A stretch of DNA of 55,092 nt from Oceanicoccus sp. Its GTDB lineage: Bacteria; Patescibacteriota; Gracilibacteria; UBA1369; 2-02-FULL-48-14. The notes under the pieces were generated by a model. That model was not told the origin of the DNA. It did not search any database and saw nothing but the letters and a program-made list of their open reading frames with translations. The stretch covers positions 1 to 55,092 of the forward strand of contig JBLIGW010000001.1 in NCBI GenBank assembly GCA_047635955.1. Direction: 5' to 3'. Every line of letters begins with the position of its first letter. Within the stretch, counting starts at the first letter, position 1. Below are positions 9,638 through 19,254 of this stretch, one piece after another. The position numbers were made by a program, and so were the translations under genes.

Positions 9638-10947
9638 TGTCTGCACGATTCATCAACAACAAACTTGCTCTTCATTTGGCCGCAAACTACGGAAGCCCAC
9701 TTTATATTTATTCAGAAGTCGAACTAAGAGAAAATGCTAAAAACATGCTCAGTATTGAGGCTCCTTTTGGACGAACGATTCGATTCGCAATGAAAGCAAA
9801 TCCAAACCGACACATACTTCAGCTGTTCAATGGAATGGGAATTCAAATTGATGCGAGTTCTGGTTTTGAAGCTCAACGTGCCCTGCTTGCTGGAGTTCCA
9901 GGTGAACACATTCTAATCACCGCTCAAGAGCTACCTCAAAACCTTGAGGACCTTGTAAAAGCAGGAGTTCAATACAATGCCTGCTCCTTGAATCAACTTC
10001 ATCGTTATGGGGAACTTTTCCCAGGAACGGAAATCACCGTACGAATAAATCCAGGACAAGGAAACGGTTTTCACTCTTACACTAATGTAGGTGGACCTGA
10101 CGCTAGCTTTGGAATTTGGCATGAAGAGATTGATAAAGTGCATGCAATATGTGAAACCTTCAATCTCACAGTAAGTCGCCTTCACACGCACATTGGATCA
10201 GGAACGGATCCTGAAGTTTGGAAACAAGTGGCACAAACAAGTGTGGACTTACTCCACCACTTCCCTGCTGCGACAACTCTCAATCTAGGTGGTGGATTCA
10301 AAGTCGCTCGAATGCCAGGTGAAAAAGCTACAAATCCTCAAGAAGTAGGAACAAGAATCCAAGAAGTGATGACTCAATTCCATGAAAAAACAGGGCGTGA
10401 AATACATATTGAACTTGAACCCGGAACCTACCTCACTGCGAATGCTGGATCTATTTTGAGCCGTATTCAAGACATCAGTTCTAGTGGGAACAGTGGACGA
10501 ACTTTTTACAAACTTGATTGTGGGATGAGCGAAATTCTTCGACCTTCTTACTATGGAGCTCAGCACTCTATCACCGTTTACCCTGAAGAAAATCGAGAGA
10601 CTCAAGAAGTCGTGGTGGTGGGACACAGTTGTGAAAGCGCTGACATCATTACCACTAAAAAAGGAAATGGAGAGGAGATTGAAGCTCGTCAGCTACCCAT
10701 TGCAAGTATTGGAGACCTATTGATAATCGATGGAGCCGGAGCCTACTGCTCAAGTATGAATGCAAAAAACTACAATTCTTTCCCTGAGATTGCGGAAGTT
10801 CTGATCACCCTTAATGGGAGCACCCGACTCATTCGTCGTCGTCAAAATTTAGAGCAAATGCTCAGTAATGAAGTATCTGCTGAAAAAGACCTTCCAATTG
10901 CCCAGACAAACTCTAGACTCAAACCAGTAACAAATAAGTCTAGTTAA
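9637..10947 (+). CDS. lysA: diaminopimelate decarboxylase (Orn/DAP/Arg decarboxylase family 2)
   Basis: GSPLYIYSE, the PLP lysine motif FAMKANPN, HTHIGSG, NLGGGF, EPGTYL, GHSCESAD and GAYCSSM..NYNS all match LysA-type fold III decarboxylases. The start overlaps the upstream stop (TAATG). Confidence 0.8.
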   Translation: MSARFINNKLALHLAANYGSPLYIYSEVELRENAKNMLSIEAPFGRTIRFAMKANPNRHILQLFNGMGIQIDASSGFEAQRALLAGVPGEHILITAQELPQNLEDLVKAGVQYNACSLNQLHRYGELFPGTEITVRINPGQGNGFHSYTNVGGPDASFGIWHEEIDKVHAICETFNLTVSRLHTHIGSGTDPEVWKQVAQTSVDLLHHFPAATTLNLGGGFKVARMPGEKATNPQEVGTRIQEVMTQFHEKTGREIHIELEPGTYLTANAGSILSRIQDISSSGNSGRTFYKLDCGMSEILRPSYYGAQHSITVYPEENRETQEVVVVGHSCESADIITTKKGNGEEIEARQLPIASIGDLLIIDGAGAYCSSMNAKNYNSFPEIAEVLITLNGSTRLIRRRQNLEQMLSNEVSAEKDLPIAQTNSRLKPVTNKSS

Positions 10948-11624
10948 TGCCTCAAAAGCCCATTATTGCTATCCTGACTGCTCAAACTGAAGATAAAGGA
11001 ATCTTTATTGAGAAAGTATCTAGAGGCTACACACTCGCAATCCATAAAGCAGGTGGAATACCAATCATTCTTCCTAATCTTCATGATGCCCTAGAACACT
11101 ACCTTCCCTTGTTGGACGGTTTATTGATTGTTGGAGGAAAGTCAGATGTGCACCCCTCCCTATATGGAGAAGAGGTCAATGGCTCAGAAGAACTAAATCT
11201 AGAAAAAGACCAATTTGAAATGAAACTGATCAAAGGTGCTCTTGAGAAAGGGGCTCCTATTTTTGGGATCTGTCGTGGAATGCAAATGCTCAATGTTTAT
11301 TTTGGAGGGACCTTGAAACAGCACGTAGAAGGTCACTTTGACCGTGTTCAATTTGACAAACACATTCACGAGCTACATATTCAAAACAGCCGGCTCACAG
11401 CTTCAAACACTCACCCTGTAAATTCCATTCACCATCAAGTAGTAAACAAAGTAGGGCCAGGACTCAAAGCTACAGGCCTCTCTTGTGACGGACACATAGA
11501 GATGATTGAGCATGAGAACCTACCCATATTTGGAACTCAATGGCACCCAGAATGTTTGCCAAATGATCAACTCTCTAAAGAGCTATTTAAGTGGCTTGTA
11601 GAAAATTCTCTTCAACGCACTTAA
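10947..11624 (+). CDS. class-I glutamine amidotransferase-like / peptidase C26 gamma-glutamyl hydrolase (PuuD-like)
   Basis: GGxSDVxPxLYGEE, the nucleophile elbow GICRGMQMLNV, and SIHHQ...QWHPE (the His/Glu of the triad). The start overlaps the lysA stop (TAATG). Confidence 0.8.
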   Translation: MPQKPIIAILTAQTEDKGIFIEKVSRGYTLAIHKAGGIPIILPNLHDALEHYLPLLDGLLIVGGKSDVHPSLYGEEVNGSEELNLEKDQFEMKLIKGALEKGAPIFGICRGMQMLNVYFGGTLKQHVEGHFDRVQFDKHIHELHIQNSRLTASNTHPVNSIHHQVVNKVGPGLKATGLSCDGHIEMIEHENLPIFGTQWHPECLPNDQLSKELFKWLVENSLQRT

Positions 11625-11635
11625 ATAGTCAAAGA

Positions 11636-13915
11636 CTAAGCCTCTTCTTCCTCTTCAAACTTAACAAATACGTCACGAGCTTTACTTCCATTGGCTGGAC
11701 CAATAAGACCTTGGTCTTCAAGCATATCAATAATACGAGCCGCTCGAGAGTAACCAATTCGAAGGTAACGTTGCATGGATGACGTTGAAGCTGACTTACG
11801 ATTTTTCTTCAAACATTCAATCGCCAAAGCCATTAGATCTTCATCAGTTTTAGGTACGTCAGGCATATCAGGCATACCACGAACACTCTGCTGAGAAGTC
11901 GTCTTAGAAACGATATCTTCAATGTAGTTTGGCTCGTCTTCAAGAGTGAGCTTCAGCTTATTAGTCACACGCTCCACCTCCTCACGAGAAACATAAATCC
12001 CCTGAACACGAATCGGTTTCCCCATCGTTCCTGAAAGGTAAAGCATATCCCCTGCTCCAAGCAGATCTTCTGCTCCAGACTGATCAAGAATCGTTCTTGA
12101 ATCAATGGAAGAAGCTACCGTAAAGGCAATACGCGCAGGGATATTAGCTTTAATCAAACCAGTAATTACATCCACTGACGGACGCTGCGTGGCAATAATT
12201 AAGTGCATCCCAACCGCTCGAGCCATTTGAGCAATTCTACAAATTGAAGCTTCCACCTCTTTCTGAGCTTGCATCATAAGATCCGCGAGCTCATCAATCA
12301 CAATAACAATCTTGGACATTCTATCGTTCTTCCTTCGGCCTTTATTATACTCTTCAAGATTACGAGCCCCTGCATCACCAAAAACTTTATAACGTCGATT
12401 CATTTCTGCCACGGCCCAACGCAAAGACGTAGCTGCTTTTTCAGCATCCGTAATCACAGGCGTAAGCAAATGAGGCAATCCATTATAAGGACGCAATTCA
12501 ACTTGCTTTGGATCAATCATGATCATCTTCAATTCACGAGGCGAATTATTGTAGAGCATGGAAATCAAGAAACTATTCATTCCCACTGACTTACCAGAAC
12601 CTGTCGCCCCTGCAATCAAGAGGTGAGGCATTTTCGATAGATCAACCACGACTGAACCCCCAGAAACATTTCGTCCTAAAGCTAATTTTAAATCAGAACC
12701 CATTCCTTTATATTCACGAGATTCCATAATTTCACGCATATGAACCGTAGCCCGAGAGGCATTTGGAATTTCAATCCCAACTAAAGATTTACCAGGGATT
12801 GGCGCTTCAATACGAACCGCAGGCGCGGCCAAAGCCAAAGCCAAATCATTCTTCAAAGACGTAATTTTAGAAAGCTTCACTCCGCTAGCTGGCTTCAAAG
12901 TATATTGAACTACCGTTGGCCCCACATGAACTTCATGCATGCTCACATTGATCCCAAACTGCTCAAGCTTATCTTTAATCAAAGTCGCTTTGCTTTTGAG
13001 ATCATCCTTATTAAGAGAAAAAGTCTCACGACTAGAGTTCAAGAGGTCCAGACTAGGGTAATCCCAATTCGCATTACCTGTTTTCTTTTGATCCACCATG
13101 ATAACTTCTCCCTCTTCTTTCTTTTTAGCATCTTCTTCTTTTTTATAATCTCTCTTAAGACGATCTTCCACCTCCTTAGCCGATACTTCCTTAATGGTCA
13201 TTGCTGCTTCATTTTCTTCATCCTCCATGAAAGAAGGTTTAACAATTTTAAGATCATCTTCAAACTCTGAAAAGTCCGGCTGAATCACCTTTAAGTCAGG
13301 AGTTGCCACCTTAATAGCCCTCTTAACAGTGTTAGCTGAAGGAACAAAAGTTCGTACAATATCACCCAAACTAACTTGAAGTGTAAGTAAAACTCCGATC
13401 AGTAAAGTTGCTGTCAAAAGCACATAAGCTCCTGTAAATCCAAAAGCAGAAGTGAAAATAAAACTAGAAACGAATCCAATGTACCCACCACTATTTCCCG
13501 CTTTTGCCACTTCCAAAGATTCTTCAAGCGGAACTGACATATGAATGAATCCAAGAATCGCAACCGATAGAGCTACCAAACCAGTAAACCGTGTCAGCCC
13601 CCAGTTTATTTTTTTAGAGAAGAATACAGAACCTCCCATGAAAAAGAGTATAAATGGCACCACGGCCATACCCATTCCAAAAATTGGTTTCAATAATGAA
13701 GTCCAAAGATCACCAAGAAAACCAAGTTGTTGGTTAAGTGACAACCAAGTGAGCGCTCCTAAAGCAAAATAAACTACTGCCCAGATTTCTCGAGCTACAT
13801 GTTTTTCCACTTCAAAAGTTAATGCTTTTTTCTTTCTTGTAGTTCGACGCTTACGCGCAGTCGTGGTTCTCCGTTTTGTTGTAGTTGTCGGGCGGCGTCG
13901 TCTTTTTGTAGCCAT
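11636..13915 (-). CDS. ftsK: DNA translocase FtsK/SpoIIIE
   Basis: Basic N-terminus, four TM helices and an acidic linker. The motor domain has HLLIAGATGSGKS (Walker A), IVIVIDELADLM (Walker B) and ATQRPSVDVITG, followed by a C-terminal gamma winged-helix (ASTSSMQRYLRIGYSRAARIIDMLE). Confidence 0.95.
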   Translation of the reverse strand: MATKRRRRPTTTTKRRTTTARKRRTTRKKKALTFEVEKHVAREIWAVVYFALGALTWLSLNQQLGFLGDLWTSLLKPIFGMGMAVVPFILFFMGGSVFFSKKINWGLTRFTGLVALSVAILGFIHMSVPLEESLEVAKAGNSGGYIGFVSSFIFTSAFGFTGAYVLLTATLLIGVLLTLQVSLGDIVRTFVPSANTVKRAIKVATPDLKVIQPDFSEFEDDLKIVKPSFMEDEENEAAMTIKEVSAKEVEDRLKRDYKKEEDAKKKEEGEVIMVDQKKTGNANWDYPSLDLLNSSRETFSLNKDDLKSKATLIKDKLEQFGINVSMHEVHVGPTVVQYTLKPASGVKLSKITSLKNDLALALAAPAVRIEAPIPGKSLVGIEIPNASRATVHMREIMESREYKGMGSDLKLALGRNVSGGSVVVDLSKMPHLLIAGATGSGKSVGMNSFLISMLYNNSPRELKMIMIDPKQVELRPYNGLPHLLTPVITDAEKAATSLRWAVAEMNRRYKVFGDAGARNLEEYNKGRRKNDRMSKIVIVIDELADLMMQAQKEVEASICRIAQMARAVGMHLIIATQRPSVDVITGLIKANIPARIAFTVASSIDSRTILDQSGAEDLLGAGDMLYLSGTMGKPIRVQGIYVSREEVERVTNKLKLTLEDEPNYIEDIVSKTTSQQSVRGMPDMPDVPKTDEDLMALAIECLKKNRKSASTSSMQRYLRIGYSRAARIIDMLEDQGLIGPANGSKARDVFVKFEEEEEA

Positions 13916-13959
13916 AAATAGGTTTGTATACTTGAAAAGTTTATCAAATTCGCTCTAGA

Positions 13960-14829
13960 ATGCCAATCATGAAAGAACTCTTTACCTTTACGGCTTACTA
14001 CGGAAGCTTTCTAGCCTTTCCTTTTCTTGCCGGAACACTGTGGCTTTTCCTTAAAAAGCGCCACCTATTTCTCACAGGGTTCCTTATCCTTCTCAGTTTA
14101 AGCTTTATCTGGAGCCGCTTCGTGGAACCTCAAATGATTGTAATCCGCGAAGTAGAAGGACCCGCAAACTTTGTTCTTATTTCTGATCAACACTTAGGAC
14201 AATACAAAGGAGAAGCTTTTTTCTCTCGAGTAGTAGAACGAATAAACGAACTCGACCCTGACTTTGTTCTTATTCCTGGAGATTTTGTATACTCCATTGA
14301 CCCCACTGAGATTGAAGCAATTTTCACTCCTTTTAAAAGTTTTAAAATGCCAGTCTACGCGGTGCTTGGGAATCATGACATGGCCCCGGCCGGTGAACTG
14401 CTCGACTCCACACTTTCAGAAATTCTCTCTGAATATGGCGTGACTTGGATAGATAACGCCACGGTTATCAACAATGAAATTCAGATTCTTGGCCTAGGTG
14501 AACGTTGGAACAATGAAACGGACCTCAAGACCTTTGACTCACTTCAGCCTGATCTTATTAATATTGCTGTCATTCATAATCCCGATGGTGCTTATGACTT
14601 CCCAGAAAATAGTCTCGACCTCATTGTGGCCGGACACACCCATGGTGGACAAATTCGAATTCCTTTTCTCTATAAATGGGCAGTTCCCACTAAATACGAC
14701 TGGGGGAAAGCCCAAGGCTGGTTTGAAATTTTAGGAAATCCTCTTTATATAACGTCTGGACTCGGCGAAACCGCCCTACCAATGAGATTATTCAATCCGC
14801 CGGAGATTGTACATTTTCAAAGCTTCTGA
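13960..14829 (+). CDS. membrane-anchored metallophosphoesterase (YkuE/YaeI-like)
   Basis: Two N-terminal TM helices, then the calcineurin-like motifs SDQHLG, PGDFV, GNHD and GHTHGGQ. Confidence 0.8.
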   Translation: MPIMKELFTFTAYYGSFLAFPFLAGTLWLFLKKRHLFLTGFLILLSLSFIWSRFVEPQMIVIREVEGPANFVLISDQHLGQYKGEAFFSRVVERINELDPDFVLIPGDFVYSIDPTEIEAIFTPFKSFKMPVYAVLGNHDMAPAGELLDSTLSEILSEYGVTWIDNATVINNEIQILGLGERWNNETDLKTFDSLQPDLINIAVIHNPDGAYDFPENSLDLIVAGHTHGGQIRIPFLYKWAVPTKYDWGKAQGWFEILGNPLYITSGLGETALPMRLFNPPEIVHFQSF

Positions 14830-14842
14830 TATCATCCCGACA

Positions 14843-16318
14843 ATGATCAAGACTCGTTTTGCACCATCGCCAACAGGTTATTTACACGTTGGAGGTCTTC
14901 GGACCGCTCTCTACGCTTATCTTTTTGCAAAAAAAGAAGGTGGTCAATTTGTACTTCGTATTGAAGACACCGACCAAAAACGACTCGTAGAAGGCGCGGC
15001 ACAAAACCTTCAAGATATTTTGAATTTCTTTGACCTACCTTGGACTGAGGGACCTTACTTTCAATCTGAACGAAAAGACCTTTACCTGAAACACGCGGAA
15101 CAACTGATTGAATCAGGGCACGCTTACCGTTGCTACTGCTCATCGGAACGTTTGACTGAAATGCGAACGGCTCAACAAAAAGCGAAACTACCACCAAAAT
15201 ACGACCGTAAATGCTACAACTTATCTGACAAAGAAAAAGAAGAACTATTCAATCAAGGAAAAAATCATGTCGTTCGACTCCTAATCCCAGACGAAGAAGT
15301 GACTTTCAATGATCTAGTTCGTGGAGATGTAAGTTTCAAAGGAAAAGATCTAGACGATCAAGTACTAATGAAATCCGATGGCTTCCCTACCTACCACCTC
15401 GCTGTGGTGGTTGATGATCACGACATGGGAATCACTCATGTTATTCGTGGTGAAGAATGGGTACCAAGTACACCTAAACACATTTGGCTCTACGAAGCGT
15501 TTGGATGGGAACGACCAATTTACGCACACCTCCCTCTCCTACTCAATCCTGACAAAAGTAAACTAAGTAAACGACAAGGAGACGTAGCCGCAGAAGACTT
15601 TATTAAGAAAGGATACCTAAAAGAAGCTTTGATCAATTTCATTGCTTTCCTCGGTTGGAATCCAGGAAGTGAAGAAGAATTCTTCACGCTCCCAGAGCTT
15701 GTGAATGCCTTCAGCCTTGATCGTGTTCAAAAAGCAGGTGCTGTCTTCAATATTGAAAAACTGGATTGGATGAATGGCCACTACATTCGAAAAATGCATG
15801 CCTCTGAATTGGGAGTGAAACTACTTCCCCTTCTTAAGAAAAGCGATTGGTTCAATGGAACTAAATACGTTGCGCTCACTCCAGAACAAATAATGGAAGA
15901 CAGCAGTAGCGAAGCTAATGACTACATCAAATACGTAGCTTGTATTCAAACTCGAATGAAGACTCTAAACGAAGCGCCTGACAAACTTCGACCTTTCCTA
16001 CTTGATGAGCTTGATTATGGAGATCTTTTCTTCCATGAAAAAATGAAAGTCGATCGAGCCATGTCTGTAATGGCTTTAGAGAATCTAATTCCTACAATGG
16101 AAGCACACGAAGACTACAGCGACGAAGATGTGCTCAAAGCAATGTGTGTCACAGTGATTCAAAAATTAGGTGTAAAAAACGGACAAGTACTCTGGCCAGC
16201 TCGCGTGGCACTCACCAATGAACAATATTCAGCCGGTGCTTTTGAACTAATGAGAATCATGGGGAAAGAAACTAGCATCAAAAGAATGAAAGAAGCCCTA
16301 CGCTACCTACAAAGTTAA
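14843..16318 (+). CDS. gltX: glutamyl-tRNA synthetase
   Basis: RFAPSPTGYLHVGGLRTALY (HIGH region), RIEDTD, G.PTYHLA.VVDDH.MGITHVIRGEEW and KLSKR (KMSKS). I prefer ATG 14843 (MIKTRFAPSPTG) to the track start 14807. Confidence 0.95.
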   Translation: MIKTRFAPSPTGYLHVGGLRTALYAYLFAKKEGGQFVLRIEDTDQKRLVEGAAQNLQDILNFFDLPWTEGPYFQSERKDLYLKHAEQLIESGHAYRCYCSSERLTEMRTAQQKAKLPPKYDRKCYNLSDKEKEELFNQGKNHVVRLLIPDEEVTFNDLVRGDVSFKGKDLDDQVLMKSDGFPTYHLAVVVDDHDMGITHVIRGEEWVPSTPKHIWLYEAFGWERPIYAHLPLLLNPDKSKLSKRQGDVAAEDFIKKGYLKEALINFIAFLGWNPGSEEEFFTLPELVNAFSLDRVQKAGAVFNIEKLDWMNGHYIRKMHASELGVKLLPLLKKSDWFNGTKYVALTPEQIMEDSSSEANDYIKYVACIQTRMKTLNEAPDKLRPFLLDELDYGDLFFHEKMKVDRAMSVMALENLIPTMEAHEDYSDEDVLKAMCVTVIQKLGVKNGQVLWPARVALTNEQYSAGAFELMRIMGKETSIKRMKEALRYLQS

Positions 16319-16331
16319 ATGCAAAGTTACG

Positions 16332-16359
16332 TTGACTTATGCCTTTTTAGGGGTATTAT
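16332..16359 (+). promoter_or_regulatory. sigma70-like promoter upstream of the 262-aa hypothetical gene
   Basis: TTGACT (16332-16337), a 16-nt spacer and TATTAT (16354-16359), about 25 nt before ATG 16385. Confidence 0.35.
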
Positions 16360-16384
16360 GTGATAAGGCCTTAACCCCAATATT

Positions 16385-17173
16385 ATGAACGCCGAAAGAA
16401 AAGAACAAAGTCCCTCACAAGGCTCGACGGAAAAAGCAGGTCAAGTAGTTAACTTTCTTGAAGCTCGTCTTCAGAAAGAAATGCAAACAGGTGGAATCAA
16501 CAAAGCTACTACAATAGCAGCGCCTTATCTTGCACAAGTCAATGAAATTGGCTTTGTAAGAGGACGGCATGACGAACTCATGGCTATGCCTGATGAAGTT
16601 CGAACGGAATTTCTAAAAATTCTAGCGGATCGAACCATCGATGTAACCATGTATGAAGCCTTCAAACAAAAGTTACGACTCTTGCTTCCTGCAGGAATCG
16701 CTATGGTTACTTATGATGCCATTAAAGATGGATCTTACGCTGCTATGCTTATGCTCGGACTGATTGGGAACGAACGAATTCAAGAAGCATTTGCTGCACG
16801 TGCCAACCCTGGAATGATTGAAAACATACTTGGGAAAGCCCTTCCTATCATTGCAAAATTTGATATTGAACCTGATAGCCGAATTGCACTTGAATTCATC
16901 GCCAAAGCAATAAAAGTCAAAGGAATCACCTTAGAGACTTTACGACAGTTACGTGCAAAAGTACGAAATGCTGAAGGGGCAAAGTTAAGCCTTGAAAGTA
17001 CACTCACAGACATTGAGAGTGCAGCCAACTCTGCCCTTCTACCACATGCTAATCACAAAACGCGGGAAGAAATGCATCTAGAAGCTGCTACAGGGCCTGT
17101 CCCACCTATGACTGAAGAACAAAACCTCGCTCTCGGAAAAGCATTTGGACCAAGCGAAATTCCAGAAGCATAA
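16385..17173 (+). CDS. hypothetical protein (262 aa, soluble, helical)
   Basis: Long ORF with coding-like composition, flanked by a candidate promoter and a terminator-like hairpin. No motif recognised. Confidence 0.5.
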   Translation: MNAERKEQSPSQGSTEKAGQVVNFLEARLQKEMQTGGINKATTIAAPYLAQVNEIGFVRGRHDELMAMPDEVRTEFLKILADRTIDVTMYEAFKQKLRLLLPAGIAMVTYDAIKDGSYAAMLMLGLIGNERIQEAFAARANPGMIENILGKALPIIAKFDIEPDSRIALEFIAKAIKVKGITLETLRQLRAKVRNAEGAKLSLESTLTDIESAANSALLPHANHKTREEMHLEAATGPVPPMTEEQNLALGKAFGPSEIPEA

Positions 17174-17193
17174 ATCAAAATGAAAAGACTTTT

Positions 17194-17218
17194 AAAGGGG
17201 CCCTTCCGCGGCCCTTTT
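17194..17218 (+). terminator. rho-independent terminator-like hairpin
   Basis: AAAGGGGCC-cttccgc-GGCCCTTTT, a GC-rich stem followed by a T run, 21 nt after the stop of the 16385-17173 gene. Confidence 0.4.
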
Positions 17219-17280
17219 AAAATTCCCTTTCCAATCTGCAAAGGAATCGGTAAAATAAAGTCTGATTTAACAAGTTTCAA

Positions 17281-17619
17281 ATGAACTTCCAGGAACTAAG
17301 AATTATAGTCGGACAAATAAAGAAAAATGTGACCTGCCCAAAGTGCAAATCACACTACTCTGATGAAGACATTGAAATCATTGGTGGCCTTGCGGATGAA
17401 CAACACTTTTTCCACACTAGCTGCGCTAAATGTGAAACTGAATCTGTTGTTAACGTCAGTCTTCTATTTGATACTGGAGAAACAGCACCTTCAAAATTAA
17501 AAAAACTTGGGTCTGCCCCACGAATGGGTCACATCTCTTCAAACGAAGTATTAGACATGCATAATTTCCTCAAACAGTTTGATGGAGATTTTGATAAGAT
17601 TTTCAAGAAAACTGAATAA
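17281..17619 (+). CDS. hypothetical zinc-ribbon protein (112 aa)
   Basis: The CPKC...(26 aa)...CAKC four-cysteine pattern suggests a zinc ribbon. No further homology recognised. Confidence 0.45.
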   Translation: MNFQELRIIVGQIKKNVTCPKCKSHYSDEDIEIIGGLADEQHFFHTSCAKCETESVVNVSLLFDTGETAPSKLKKLGSAPRMGHISSNEVLDMHNFLKQFDGDFDKIFKKTE

Positions 17620-17640
17620 GTTCTCTTCTTCACCCACGCC

Positions 17641-17940
17641 ATGAAAAAACTCGCTTTAATTCTCAGTCTTGGACTGCTCCTTCTTCCTGGGTGCAGTAAT
17701 ATAGGAACCGCTCAACAAGAAGCCACTGAAGCCATTCAGAATATTTCTAATGAAGCCGTTCGGATCAAGACCAATGTAGAAACCACCACCGCTCAAGTTA
17801 AGGGTGCCATTGATGCAGTCAACGGAGCACTCACTGCTACCCAAGACGCCATTGGATCGGTACAAGAAATCGGCAATGAGTTCGCAGACCTTGACCTTGA
17901 TGAAACCGAAAATGACCCATCCCTTTCTTCAGAAGATTAA
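17641..17940 (+). CDS. small hypothetical lipoprotein (99 aa)
   Basis: MKKLALILSLGLLLLPGCSN is a textbook signal peptide with a lipobox. The mature part is helical and Ala/Thr/Glu-rich. Confidence 0.55.
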   Translation: MKKLALILSLGLLLLPGCSNIGTAQQEATEAIQNISNEAVRIKTNVETTTAQVKGAIDAVNGALTATQDAIGSVQEIGNEFADLDLDETENDPSLSSED

Positions 17941-18847
17941 AGACGCAGCTCGAAAGAAACCTGCTCGAGTGCTTTTTGCTGAAGGCTCAGAACCGCGCGT
18001 CATGGAAGCCGCCAAACTCATTCTTGAGGAAGGTGTAGCTATCCCACTTTTAGTTAAAGTCCCCTCAGCTGATCCTCGATTTCAAGAAATGGCCGCTCTT
18101 TATGCCAAGTTAAGAGAAAAAACTATAGAAGAGGCCCGTGAAGCCACAATGAACGCTCATGTTTTTGCCACCCTCTTGCTGAAAGCGGGTCATGCTGACG
18201 CACTCATTAGTGGGCCCAGTGCTGCCTCAAAAGAACGCATGCTCCCGGCTTTTCAAATCATTCGCGCTAAAGAAGAAGGCCACAAAGCATCTGCTTATTT
18301 TACAATGCTACTACCTAAAACCGTCAGTGAAGACGCCGGGAACGGTGGCGTTCTGCTGTTTGCTGACTGTGCCGTGAATATAGAGCCATCTGTTGAAACA
18401 TTGGCTCAAATCGCCATTGATACCGCTGAAAGCGCCAAAGCCCTAGGAATCGACCCTAAGGTGGCAATGTTGAGCTTTTCTACTGAAGGTTCTTCCGATC
18501 ATCCCAAAGCATTACGCATTCGTGAAGCTGCTGCCATGGTACACAAACAAAGGCCCGACCTACTCGTATCCAATGACATGCAAGCCGATGCGGCGCTTAT
18601 CGACTCCATTGGAGAATCAAAAGCTCATGAAAACATCATTGCAGGACACGCCAATGTACTTATATTCCCAGACCTAGAATCCGGAAACATAGCCTACAAA
18701 CTAGTGGAACGCCTCGCCAATGCTCAAGCCATTGGTCCCATCATTCAGGGCTTAAACCAACCGGTAAATGAACTTTCCCGTGGATGTGATGCGGAAGATA
18801 TAGTAAATTTAGCCGCGTTAACCTCAGCCCTAATTAAACAATCATGA
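17912..18847 (+). CDS. pta: phosphate acetyltransferase (short PTA_PTB-only form)
   Basis: ARVLFAEGSEPRV..AA, the GHADALISG-type motif, a FADCAVNIEP-type motif, AMLSFST.GS and PDLESGNIAYKL.ERLA.A.AIGPI.QGL..PVN.LSRG. I prefer ATG 17912 to the track start 17804, which would run through the lipoprotein gene. Confidence 0.85.
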   Translation: MTHPFLQKIKDAARKKPARVLFAEGSEPRVMEAAKLILEEGVAIPLLVKVPSADPRFQEMAALYAKLREKTIEEAREATMNAHVFATLLLKAGHADALISGPSAASKERMLPAFQIIRAKEEGHKASAYFTMLLPKTVSEDAGNGGVLLFADCAVNIEPSVETLAQIAIDTAESAKALGIDPKVAMLSFSTEGSSDHPKALRIREAAAMVHKQRPDLLVSNDMQADAALIDSIGESKAHENIIAGHANVLIFPDLESGNIAYKLVERLANAQAIGPIIQGLNQPVNELSRGCDAEDIVNLAALTSALIKQS

Positions 18848-19254
18848 AAAAACACGACGACTCAATCAATCAAGTATTCATAGAACGATTTGGATCCGCA
18901 CCCAGTAATTTGGGTTACACCATTGATGGACCGCCACTTTGGCTCACTCTCCTTCTCTTAGGTGGAATTTTCTCTGTCTTCCTTCAAAAACCTTGGATGA
19001 TCGGATTCTACGGTGAAGAAATCAAAGGAATCAAAACTAGCGTGTGGAAAACCACTACACTAAAAGATGAAACGATGACTCTTAAAAAGAGTGATATTGC
19101 TGAAGTAAAACATAAGAAGTTTGGCCCTGCCTACTACTTCACTGTAAAAACCAACGACGGAATAACTCATCGTTTTGTAATGAACACACTATACAAAGCT
19201 CTCGAAGGTCAGCCTAAAGCGATTGACGCCATGAAGCAGTTTCTAGGAGTTTAA
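18844..19254 (+). CDS. hypothetical single-TM protein (136 aa)
   Basis: The start overlaps the pta stop (ATGA). It has one TM helix (LWLTLLLLGGIFSVFL) followed by a beta-rich soluble domain. No family assigned. Confidence 0.5.
   Translation: MKKHDDSINQVFIERFGSAPSNLGYTIDGPPLWLTLLLLGGIFSVFLQKPWMIGFYGEEIKGIKTSVWKTTTLKDETMTLKKSDIAEVKHKKFGPAYYFTVKTNDGITHRFVMNTLYKALEGQPKAIDAMKQFLGV

Noticed and set aside
12269-13772. Three plus-strand ORFs (106, 121 and 75 aa) inside ftsK
   Set aside because: They are antisense shadows of a well-supported FtsK gene, and their compositions are low-complexity and Ile/Phe/His-rich.
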